From Chiloscyllium plagiosum (lineage: Eukaryota): 64,000 bases of DNA. The translations under genes and the position numbers were made by a program. Where the stretch lies: NCBI RefSeq assembly GCF_004010195.1, contig NC_057718.1, positions 47,559,556-47,623,555 on the forward strand, in the 5' to 3' direction. Below, piece by piece: positions 38,143-49,645 of this stretch (position 1 is the stretch's first letter; each line of letters begins with the position of its first letter). The notes beneath the pieces are model-generated. The model was not told the DNA's origin and did not search any database. It was given only the letters and a program-made list of their open reading frames with translations.

Positions 38143-39206
38143 AGTTCCACTTATAGGTTCGCCTGAAAAGTCCAACAGCTGATAATTGGACATTAATGAC
38201 ACAACAGAACTGCTGTCTTGGTAATCAACTGTCAGCCATCCTTTAAGGCAATGAGCAGTTGAAAGATATGTCAATTTCTGGAATCAAATTCAGGTTGCGC
38301 ACAAGAAAAGGACAATATGAACAGTTGCAAAATTCAGACTACTTTTAATTTTGTTGCCATTATTGTTACTGCATTACAGGACATAAAAATAAAGTGCATA
38401 TTTTAAAAAAGGCATTGTTTAACCATGAACAATATAGGTCAGTTAGCATACGTTTATAGAATGGCACTTATTAGGATACAGGTTGAGTTTTAGATGAACT
38501 GAAATTGAAGCAAGATGGGAGGCAGGCCTGAATTGTACTGGGATAGTCCAAGCAAGAGGTTACAAGGTAAGAATGAGAGTTTTAACTGCAGAGTTTGAGG
38601 CAGGGTGGAAGTTGGGCAATGTCACAGAGGGAGAAAATAAGCTGTCTTAGCGATGGCGCAGAAGACAATCATAAGCTTACCTCAGTGTCAAATATAATAC
38701 CAAAGTTGTAAGCAATCTGACTCAACCTCAAACAATTGCATGAGGGGGATAGAGTTAAAAAAAATGTGGCAGCAACCAATATTTGGTTTGGGGAAATTTC
38801 TGCTCAACTAGTACTGGATGTTGGACAAGAATAACATTGATGTTTACTACAATCTGTGATGTCATAAGCATTTTTAAATAAATAGTTATCCTGACATACA
38901 AAGTTCTTTTCAATAAAATACTTACACTCATTTTACAAATTCGCTATGAACAAAATTGTAATACTTTCTCTTATTTACCATTTATAATATAGTGGAACTG
39001 GATGAACAATGCACAACTCCATTATCCTAACATGTTTCTGGAAGTCAAGCTTTGGGAGTCAAGTGGACGAATCACAATGATCTATTATAACGACTGTGAT
39101 TATACACTGTCATAATACATAAACAATTGAGCTTAACAAAGCAATTCAAAATAGTCCAATTATAAAACAATTATTGCAGTGGTGCTCAAGAGGTACCAAG
39201 GCTCAC

Positions 39207-39326
39207 CTGGAAATGTGGGTTTGATACACATTTGGCTACTTGCTTGAACAAAGGTTCTTGGATCTTTTTGAACTGAGAAGGTTCTATCACATCCAAAATT
39301 TCTTCTACTTCACCCAAGTACATAAC
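39207..39326 (-). CDS. PPP2R5A: PPP2R5A exon [40 protein letters not shown]
   Basis: tcttag acceptor, gtgagc donor; 120 bp, phase 0/0. Confidence 0.97.
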
Positions 39327-40064
39327 CTAAGAGCAGCATTTAGAGTTGCAATGAGTCAGTCACAAAAAAACCTCAAAATTGTTCCCTTTCTATTGTACAG
39401 AATAGAAAATACATTTTACCACCATAGAGAGAAATTCTTCTCGAAAACGATTTTGTTCAAAAAAAAAGACCATGCCAAGTCCATCACCAGCAACTCAGCA
39501 CAGTAATAAACATATTGGTAAAATACTTACATACTGAGGAAATATATATATTAAATCAATGAATCTACCAATTAAAAATATTGATGAAAAACATAAATCT
39601 TAATAATAAACAAGGGTCATAGAAAAGCCAATAACATATTCTCATTAAATTGGAACCCTTCTTGCTTACAGTAGTTCCACATATCAAACATGATTTCAGG
39701 GCCGACAGAACCCTTAAAATCTTTTCTGGATTATCTTACAAACACTGGTTTACTTGAAGATTTTTCTGGGTTATCTGATGTTGTATAAATGACATTCAGG
39801 CCTGGTACCATGCTCACCCAATACGAAAGATATACACACACTTTATAGAAGCAAAGTACCAGACTGTGATGATATATGGGTGTCGTGCATGAATTCTATT
39901 CATCACAGCCCAAGTTGAGGACATGGGAAGGCAAGTGTACCTTCACACTACGGTGGCCATCCACACACATATGACCATGATTATTTCAGCTGAGAAGAAC
40001 CAAGCTTGGCAAACCTTTTGGCCTGTAAAGTTCAGCACCACAGCAGAAAAGCTTCATCCAACCA

Positions 40065-43000
40065 GTCATAGATTCACAGAGATGTACAGCATGGAAACCT
40101 CTCCCTTTAGCTGAAATCCTCCAACCCTGGCAACATTCTTGTAAACTTTTTCTGCACCCATTCATGTTTCTTAACATCCTTCTGATAGGAAGACGACCAG
40201 AATTGCACGCAATATTCCAAAAGTGGCCAAACCAACATCCTGTACAGCCACAACATGACCTCCCAACTCCTATAGTCAATGCTCTGACCAATAAAGGAAT
40301 GCATACTAAACATCATCTTCACTATCCTATCTACCTGCGACTCTACTTTCAACGAACTATGAACCTGCACTCCAAGCTCTCTTTATTCAGCAACACGCCT
40401 CAGGACCTTACAATTAAGTGCATAAGTCCTGCTCTGATTTGCTTTCCCAAAATGCAGCACCTCTCATTTATCTAAATTAAACCCCATGTACACTCTTCAA
40501 CCCATTGGCCCAGTTGATCAACCTTCTGTTATACTCTGAGGTGACCTTTGTTGTCTATTCCACCTCCAATTTTGGTGTCACCTGCAAACTTACTAACTAT
40601 ACCTTCTAAGTTTATATCCAAATCATTTCTATAAATGACGAAAAGTAGTGGACCCAGCACCGATCCTTGTGGCACACTACTGGCACTCCAGTCTGAAAAG
40701 CAATCACCATTCTCTGTCTTCTACCTTTGAGCCAGTTCTGTATCCAAATTGCTGTTCTCTCCGTATTCCATGAGATCTAACCTTGCTAACCAGTTTCCCA
40801 TGGGGAACCTTGTCGATCGCCTTACTGAAGTCCTTATAGATCATATGCCATATGTCTATATAGCGTCTGCAGTCCTCACTTTCTTCATATAGATAATGTC
40901 TACCACTCTGCCCTCATCAATCCTCTTTATTATTTCTTCAAAAAAACTCAAATCAAGTTTGAGAGACATGATTTCCCATGCACAAAGCCATGCTGACTAT
41001 CCCTAATGCCTTTCCAAATACATGTAAATCTCGTACCTCAGGATTCCCTCCAACAATCTGCCCACCACCGATGTCAGGCTCACCGGTCTATAATTCCCTG
41101 GCTTTTCCTTACCATCTTCCTGAAATAGTGGCACCATGTTAGCCAACCTCCAGTCTTCCGGCATTTCACCTGTGACTATCGATGACACAAATATCTCAGC
41201 AAGGGGCCCAGCAATCACTTCCCTAGCTTCCCACAGAGTTCTAGGGTTCACCTGATCAGGTCCTGGGGATTTATCCACTTTTATGCATTTCAAGACATCC
41301 AGCACTTCCTCCTCTGTAAGATGGACATTTTTCAAGGTGTCACCATCTATTTCCCCACATTCCGCATCTTCCACGCCCTTCTCCACAGTAAACACTGATG
41401 CAAAATACTTGTTTAGTATCTCCCCCATCTCCTGCGACCCCATACATAGGTTGCCTGAGGGGCCCAATTCTCTCCCTAGTTACCCTTTTGTCGTTAATGT
41501 ATTTATAAAAAACCCTTGGATTCTCCTTAACTCTATTTGCCAAAGCTATCTCGTGTCCCTGTTTTGCCCTCCTGATTTCCCTCTTAAGTATACTTCTACT
41601 GTCTTTATATGCTAAGGATTCACTTGATCTATCCTGTCTATACCTATCATATGCTTCCTTCTTTTTCTTAATCAAACCCTCAACTTCTTTAGTCATCCAG
41701 CATTCGCTATACCTACCAGCCTTCCCTTTCACCCTAACAGGAATATACGGTCTCTGGACTCTCATCAGCTCATTTTTGAAGGCTTCCCATTTTTCAGCCG
41801 ACCCTGTACCTGTGAACACCTGCACCCAATCAGCTTTTGAAAGTTCTTGCTTAATACCGTCCCTTCCTCCAATTTAGAACTTCAACTTCTAGATGAGGTC
41901 TATCCTTTTCCATCACTATTTTAAATCTAATAGAAGTATGGTCGCTGGCCCCAAAGTGCTCCCCCACTGACACCGCAGTCATCTGCCCTCCCTTATTTCG
42001 CAAGAGTAGGTCAAGTTTTGCACCTTCTCTTGTAGGTACATCCACATACTGAATCAGAAAATTTTCTTGTACACAATTAACAAATTCCTCTCCATCTAAA
42101 CCCTTAACATTATGGCAGTTCCAGTCTATGTCTGGAAAGTTAAAAACCCCTACCCTAACCACCCTAGTATTCTTACAGCTAACTAAAATCTCTTCATAAA
42201 TTTGTTTCTCGATTTCCCTCTTACTATTAGGGAGTCTACAATTTAATCCCAATAAGGTGATCATCCCTTTTTTATTTCTCAGTTCAACCCAAAATATACA
42301 TCCCTCGATGTATTTCCAGGAATATCCTCCATAAGTACAGAAGCATTGCTATCCCTTATCCAAAATGCCACTCCCCCTCCTCTCTTGCCCCCCGTTCTGT
42401 CCTTCCGAGAGCATTTGTATCCTGGAACATTAAGCTGCCAGGCCTGTCCATCCCTGAGCCACATTTCTGTAATTGCTATGATATCCCAGTCCCATGTTCC
42501 TAAACATGCCCTGAGCTCATCTGCCTTCCTTGTTAGGCCTGTTGCATTGACATAAACACAATTTAATCTATCAGTCCTACCTTTGATCCTGTCTGTTTGA
42601 CTCACTCCCTTTCCCAACTGTACCAGTCTCAGATTAATCTCTTATCTCACTATTTCCCAGGGTCCCATTTCTCCCACCTCCAACCATACTAGTTTAAATT
42701 CTTCAAAGCAATTCTAGTAAATCTCCCTGCCAGTATATCAGCCCCCTTCCAATTCAGGTGCAATCCATTCTTCTTGTACAGATCAAATCTACCCCAGAAG
42801 AGATTCCAATGATCCAAAAATGTACATTGTTCTCCCCTGCACCAGCTTCTCAGCCACACATTCTTCTGCTCTATCCTCCTATTCCTACTCTCACTAGTTC
42901 GCAGCACCGGGAGTAATCTAGATATTACTACCATCAAGGACCTCTTTTTCAAATTCCTGCCTAACTTTCGACATTCTCCCTTCAGAATTTCATCCTTTTC

Positions 43001-43200
43001 CCATCCTATGTTGTTAGCTCCCATAGCACAATGACCTTCTGCTGATCCTTCTCCCCTTTGAAACCGTACTTCACCCTCTCAGAGATATCCTTGATCCTGG
43101 CACCAGGGAGGCAACACACTATTCTGACTTTTCATTGCTGGCTGCAGGAACATCTGACTCGAGAGTCCCTTATCACAATTGATCGCTTGGAACCTGACAT
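40065..43200 (-). mobile_element. Long decayed CR1 LINE (esterase ORF1, EN, RT, internally deleted 3' end)
   Basis: ORF-track fragments 42689-43024 (esterase, NGLHLNW), 42279-42617 and 41851-42264 (EN), 41003-41825 (tether/RT), 40107-40370; tail at 40065-40100. Confidence 0.93.
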
Positions 43201-43451
43201 ACTCCCTTCTGAAGACCTTTTAGAATTACCTTCTTTAGTATGAAATGGTTACCTCGCTTTCATTATGCAACATAGGTCTCTAAGTTAATTTTCCTGATGG
43301 AGTACCATTTAAATAAACAAACTCAAAAATCAGGTTATTTTTCAGAATGCCACCAAAAGACAGCAACTCATGTTAAATAGTGTACAAAGTAGTAATACTT
43401 TTGTGTGACCTACAGAAAATATTAAGTTGATGGAGAAAACAAATAATTTAC

Positions 43452-43502
43452 CTCTTTTTGACTGACAGTTTTTGGCCAAAATTTTAACAATCCTCGAATA
43501 AC
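43452..43502 (-). CDS. PPP2R5A: PPP2R5A exon VIRGLLKFWPKTVSQKE
   Basis: ttatag acceptor, gtaaat donor; 51 bp, phase 0/0. Confidence 0.95.
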
Positions 43503-44962
43503 CTATAATCGAGAATAAAAACATGTTTGCATTAAACATATCATAAATTAACTTCACAACAGAGAAAATCAAATTAATTATACTTTTCTTTATTCCTACA
43601 TAGACTGAAAAAGGTCTATTTTAGTGACAAGTGCACAGGATAAATAATGTACCTCCAATTTAAAAATAGACCATCTCTGAACATTAAACAATGATTATAC
43701 AAACAAAGTACATGTTCAGATCATGTCATTCCAGTTTGTAAATTGATAATAGATAATTTTACAAATAATTCACAATATGAATAAATTAATTCAAATACTG
43801 GAAAACTAATTTTGGATACAAGTAATTACAAGTACATGAATTGGGAACAGAAGGTGGTCATGTAGCTCCTCAAGCCTATTCATTCTTAGTGACTCACCAG
43901 TTTTAGTTTATGCCATTTTATGACTTGCAAAAATTAATAATTACAGAATTAGTACAGAATCAAACTACTGGTCTCCATCAATCTTCAATGAATGTTGCTG
44001 TACCTGTACTGTGGGTTATCATAGAGGGCTGGATCCAAGAAAAGAATGAGATTTTGATTAACTTCTCAGGATCAATGTGGAACACTATTTTAAAGAAAAG
44101 CATTCTGGCAAAAAGAAAGGATGTCAACCTTCTTGGGCTGTACTAAAGATTACTTTCATATTCAGTGCTGAGGAATACTTATTTCCTGTGATCTAAATTA
44201 ATATTTCAATTCAATAGGTACAATACTAATCTAGCATCTAGGTTGATCAGAACCTTTATCGTGATTCTTTTTTATCATAATCACTCCTATTCTTGGGCTC
44301 TGAAAGCGAAGAACAAACTCTCAGGCCAGGTGGCTTAGGCTGTGACCTAGAAATAAAATTTACTTAAACATAAAAAGTTAAACAGCAACAAGAAAGCAAA
44401 GTAACTAATTAATTTCAATTCAATTAATTAAAATTCCTTTTATCTAAAGAGAGTAAAAGATGCAATGTTTTATTAATTTTACAACAGGGAATACAGATTA
44501 AAAGGAGAGGACTGACAACAAATGTTTGCCTTTAATGTCATAAAATGCCCCAAGTGCAGTATTTTAAATGAAATCTGACACAGAGCGATAGTAGGATATG
44601 CTAGGATAGATGATGAAATGTTTGAACGACAATCTTAAAGTAGGACACAAAAGCAGAAGAGTTTACCCTTCGTGGAATCTTAATTTACACATACTCATAC
44701 AACATAGCTGAACAGGAAGAATGACTGAACTGGTAAAGGTCACTAGGTGTGCTTATCTGCTTAGATGGAATCAATATAAACATGGCTTTCTCCTCTGTGT
44801 AATAACATTCTTGCAGTGGGCCCCATCTGCCTCGTTTTCACATCAATGTAATTTTTCCATACTTGTGAAACTACAAAATTATTGGCATTCTTAGCCAATC
44901 TGGTTAAAGCAATGATGCCCAGCAGAAATTGTTGACTAGCTTCAGCAATGGTACCAAATGAG

Positions 44963-45249
44963 ATTAGATTCCTTCAGCCCAACAAGTCCACACCAACCCT
45001 CCAAAGAGTAACCCACCCAGACCCACTTCCCTCTAATACACCTAACACTATGGGCAAGTTAGTATGGCCAATTCACCTGACCTGCATATTTTTGGACTGT
45101 GGAAGGAAACTGGAGCATCCAGAGGAAACCCACGCAGACAAAGGGAGAATGTGCAAACTCCACACAGACAGTTGCCCGAGGCTGGAAATGAACCTGGGAC
45201 CTTGGTGCTGTGAGGCAGCAATGCTAACCACTGATCCATCTTGCTGCCT
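44963..45249 (-). mobile_element. HE1-like V-SINE with a tail deletion
   Basis: V-domain and head match 5974-6292. Confidence 0.88.
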
Positions 45250-45307
45250 AATTTAGCTTCATGCACTAATTTTAAATGACAACACACTGCACAAACTCAG
45301 AATGCAA

Positions 45308-45402
45308 TGGGGCTCTTGTGACACAGTTGTAGTGCCCTCTGCGTCAGAAGGTTGGGGCTCAAGTCCAACCTGCCCTGAAGATGTGTCATAACATGTCTGA
45401 AG
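45308..45402 (+). mobile_element. Short tRNA-head SINE
   Basis: Similar to the reverse complement of 37848-37950 and to 58141-58263. Confidence 0.5.
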
Positions 45403-46798
45403 CGAATAATTTTGTTTTGAAACTTAAAATATAGGTAAATGCATTTCACATGGCTGTCTTCATATACATCTACCACCATTCAACAACCAAGGAAATAAAA
45501 CATTCCCACAACAAACAAATACATGGACCCTTCTTTTAATCTTGCCATTTTTACCAAAAATGCACAAAATATGCAAAGGACACATTGACACACATAGATA
45601 GGGGTCAAATGGCTGTTGTATCTAACATCTTATTTTGAATTTAATCAGAATTGCAGTGAATCACATCTGGACTCCCAATTTGTAACGTGTGATGAAGGAA
45701 AGTAAAACAGAAAAACGTGTGAATAACACACGCTGGTCCCACTCATTTTGTATACTTCAAATTGGAGTTGCAGAATGCCCATCTCTTCCTTTTCAAATGT
45801 AACCATTTTATCCCCCCCTCTGGATGATGGCTAATGAACAACAGTACTTCACAGTTACTTGCTGTAAAATAACCACACAATATTCTGAAAGACCATCTAA
45901 AAATCAGTCCTGTAAGAAAAGCAGGTTCCTCCTCTAAATTCTGTGCCTTTCTTTGTATGTATGGCTGGATACTTTTCACCGCAACTTAAACATGATCTTC
46001 AGATGTGGAGCTGCAATAGTTAGGGAACACACACTTAAAATGACAGTTCATGCAAAGTTTAAATTCTGTATATACAAATGCCTTTAAGGCTTTTTTGTTA
46101 AGTGTGACATAAACCTTTCTGCCCACATCTCACAATCTTGTTGCCCTGTCCAATGACTAAGTCAAATGCCTGCAAAAATACCCATGTCATTCTCATTTCT
46201 GAATTTTAGAAACTCTCCTGGCCACTGTATCATGGGCTCGAACAACTGTGTATGCACTTCAATGAATTACATGCAATGACCAATTTACAATGCAAAGTCC
46301 AACTTGGTTCAGTGGTAGAACTTGTGTCTCTGAATCAGAAGACTGTGTTCAAATTCAGTGTTAGGACCTGAAAACATAATCTCAATAATATTTTGTGCAG
46401 AACTGAGAAAGGATAAATTATTGGAGGTGCCATTTTTGAACTACATGTTGAGCTGAGGTTTCAATGTACCTGGTGATAATCTGTCACATGCAACAAATAT
46501 CTTACCCTTTCCATAAAAATCTGGAAGGCATCCTGATGAACATTATTCCTTAAATAACATTATTTACAACATCACTTTTTGTAGGAATTTGCTAATGTTT
46601 TCACACACTAACAATTGACATATTTACCAACAAAATGGCACTTCAAAACAGACCGGAAGACCAGAAGATATTGGAGCAGAATCGCACTCTTGGCCCATTT
46701 AGTCTGCTTCACCACTTGATCATAGCTGATTTGTTTCTCAGTAAATCTTGATCGTCTTATTAATCAACAACGTATCCATCTCAGTCGTAAATATACTC

Positions 46799-46983
46799 AG
46801 TTATAGTCCAATAGGTTTAATTGGAAGCACACTAGCTTTCAGAGCGCCGCTCCTTCATCAGGTGATGAAGGAGTGACGCTCCGAAAGCTAGTGTGCTTCC
46901 AATTAAACCTGTTGGACTATAACCTGGTGTTGTGTGATTTTTAACTTTGTGCACCCCAGTCCAACACTGGCATCTCCAAATCT
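46799..46983. mobile_element. Young fold-back mini-Penelope insertion: 61-bp inverted arms plus 3' tail, 11-bp TSD
   Basis: Arms 46800-46860 and 46863-46923 match at 57/61; TSD taaatatactc at 46788-46798 and 46984-46994; sequence matches PLE repeat 29417-29534. Confidence 0.85.
46830..46864 (-). ncRNA. Minimal type I hammerhead ribozyme motif with intact core, sense to the PPP2R5A pre-mRNA
   Basis: CAC-CUGAUGA-A-GGAGC-ggc-GCUCU-GAAA-GCUA-GUG on the minus strand. Confidence 0.68.
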
Positions 46984-47618
46984 TAAATATACTCGATGAC
47001 TTGACCTCCACAGCCTTCCGCAGCAATGTGTTCTACATATTTACCACACTTCGGCTTAAGAAATTCCTCCTTATCTCAGTTATAAGGGCTGCCCCTTTAC
47101 TCTGAGGCTGTGCCTTCGAGACCTCGTCTTGCGTACCAGTAGAAACATCTTCGCCATGTCCACTCTTTCTCAGTATTCTGTATGTTTCATTGGAGATCAC
47201 CCCCCCTCATCCTTTTAAATTCCATCAATTATAGTCCCAGTGTCCTCAGCCACTCCTCTTATGACAAACCCTTCATCCCTAGGATCATTCTTGTCAACCT
47301 CCATTGTATCCCTCCCAAGGCAGTACATCATTCCTTACATCGGGGGCCCAAAACCTTTTCAATATTCCAAATACAGTGTGACCAGGCCTTATACAGCCCT
47401 AGCAGTACATCTCTGCTCTTGTATTTAAGCCTTCTTGAAATGAATGCTCACATTGCATTTGCTTTCCTAACTGCCAGTTGAACTGCATGTTAACCTGAAG
47501 AGAATTCTGAACTAGAACTATTTCCCATTCAAAAAAATAGTCTGTGCCTCTATTCCTCCAACAAAAGTGCATTACCTCACACTTTCCCACACTGTATGCT
47601 ATGTCACTTCTTTGCCTA

Positions 47619-48005
47619 CAGGTAGTTCTCCCATAATGCAGTAGTTGTATTCCTGTGCAATGCTATATTATAGAAATTCACGCAACAGAAATAATGGGGC
47701 CTGAGGGGAAAATAGGGTGGGGTGAACCACCAAAAAATAGTAACCTAACACAAACAGTAGCACAATCTAAGCAAATTTATGAAATAATACAATAAATTGA
47801 AGCTCTTCACCAGTAAGTGCAAGAACCGACTGACCACTTGATGCTGACGCAGAGTCCAGTCCTCCATGCACCGCGACCCCTAGTGCTGGGGATGGGAATT
47901 GCGTAAAAGTGAACGGGAGTTCGCTTTATTAAAAGAAAGTCCTGCAATTCACAAAATGCATTACAAGTAGCATTTAAGAAACACGCATTATAGGAGAACT
48001 ACCTG
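47619..48005. mobile_element. 387-bp MITE, Tc1/mariner (pogo/Tigger-type)
   Basis: Terminal inverted repeats caggtagttctcccataatgc / gcattataggagaactacctg (20/21) with TA on both sides (47617-47618, 48006-48007). Confidence 0.88.
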
Positions 48006-49559
48006 TATTCTCCTCCTAACCAATCCAAGAACTTCTGCAGCTTTCCTGCCTCCTCAACGCTACCTGTCCCACCATCTATCTTTGTGCCATCTGCAAACTT
48101 AGCAACATTGCCTTCAGTTCCTTCATCCAGATCAATAATGTATAACGTGAATAATTGTAGTCCCAATACTAACATGTGTGAACTCTACTTGTCACCGACT
48201 GCCATCCTGAAAAAGACTCCTTTATTTCCATTTTCAGCCATCTGCCAATCCTATATCCATGCTAGCACCTTGCTTCTAACACCGTGGGTTCTTATTCAAT
48301 TTATCAGCCTCCTGTAAGGCACCTAGTTAGAAGCCTTCTGTAAATCTGAATCGATCACACCTACTGGCTTTCCTTTGTCTAACTTGCTTGTTCTGCTCTT
48401 AAAGAATTCTAACAGATTTGTCAAACATGACCTTCCCTTGATGAAACCTTGTTGACTCAGCCTTATTTGACTGTACACTTCCAAAAACTCCGGAATCTCA
48501 TTCTTAATAATAGACTCCAAGATCTTACCAAGGATGGGGTTAAGGCTAACCAGCCTATATTTTCCCGTCTTCTGCCTCTCTTTGTAAGCAGGGTTGCTAC
48601 ACTAGCCATTTTCCAGTCTTCTGGCATCATCCTTGATTCCAGTGATTCCTGAGAGTTCACAGCCAATGCCTCCAAAACCTCTTCAGCCATCTCCTTCAGA
48701 ACTCCTGGGTTCAGTCAATTTGTTCTGGTTGATTTATCTGCCTTCAGACCTTTTAGCTTCCCCAGCTCTTGTCCTTTGTGATAACCACTATACTTGTGTA
48801 ATTCTGCAGTTGAAAAGCATTGCAGATTGACCCTGGGATGTCTTTATTTTTCTTTTTGCTTCTCCTTTTCTTCTGCCTAATACAGCTGAAGCTGATACAA
48901 CATAATTGTGTTCTCTTTTCATTCTTGAATACTTATACTCCACATACAAGTACTATGCTGAAACATGAGACACTCTTTCTTTGTCAAATGAATGTGGCTG
49001 CTTTGTAGCATCTCTTGGAAGCACTTTTAATTGGCCTCATTTTTTTGTCCTTTACTACTCCTGCTAAACTGATGAACTTTCATTCAAGACCTTGTCATAC
49101 TCACAGTAAGTAGGGTTGTTTTAAATATACTTAAATACGTATTATCAACTATTATTTATATAGTGCCTGCAAAATAGTAAAACATCCCCATGTAATACCA
49201 CATAAGTCATCTTTAAGACAGATGACCAAAAGTTTGATCAAAGAGATAGGATTTAGGGTGTGTCAAAGAGGAAGAAATATAGAGGGATGTGAGACAGGGA
49301 AGTGCAGCAAAGGAATCCCTTGGGATCTTGGCAGCAGATGACATTATTCATTCCACATTTGTGACAAAGTTCAGAATGTTCAAGAGGTCAGAAATGAAGA
49401 ACAGATGTCTTGGAGGGTTTTAAGTCTGAAGGAGATTACATACACAGGGAGGGGTAAGGTGGTGGCTAAAGAGAGAAGAATCAAGTTTTAAAAAAGCTTT
49501 GTTTTGGTCTTTATTTCAGTTTATCAGATATGAATTAAGATTTTGTAACAGATATTACA

Positions 49560-49645
49560 TAGACTCAGAGTTACACAGCGCAGAAACAGACCCTTCAATC
49601 CAACTTGTCCGCGCCGACCAGATATCCTAAACCGATCTAGTCCAT
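49560..49645 (-). mobile_element. CR1 3' tail fragment
   Basis: cagcgcagaaacagacccttcaatccaacttgtccgcgccgaccagatatcctaaa. Confidence 0.75.

Larger units (their letters stand above)
46651..48790 (-). mobile_element. Decayed CR1 LINE of a second subfamily, carrying two nested insertions
   Basis: PEDWKMASV, SQQGFIKGRSCLTNLLEFF, KCEVMHF motifs; distinct (tcttctgg)n-type tail at 46651. Confidence 0.88.

Noticed and set aside
45860..45930. Possible alternative or poison exon of PPP2R5A after a cttttcttacag acceptor
   Set aside because: No convincing donor, no B56 similarity, and the flanking exons already join in frame.
46800..46923. microRNA precursor or terminator hairpin
   Set aside because: Fully explained by an inverted TE repeat with a TSD; small-RNA production would need expression data.
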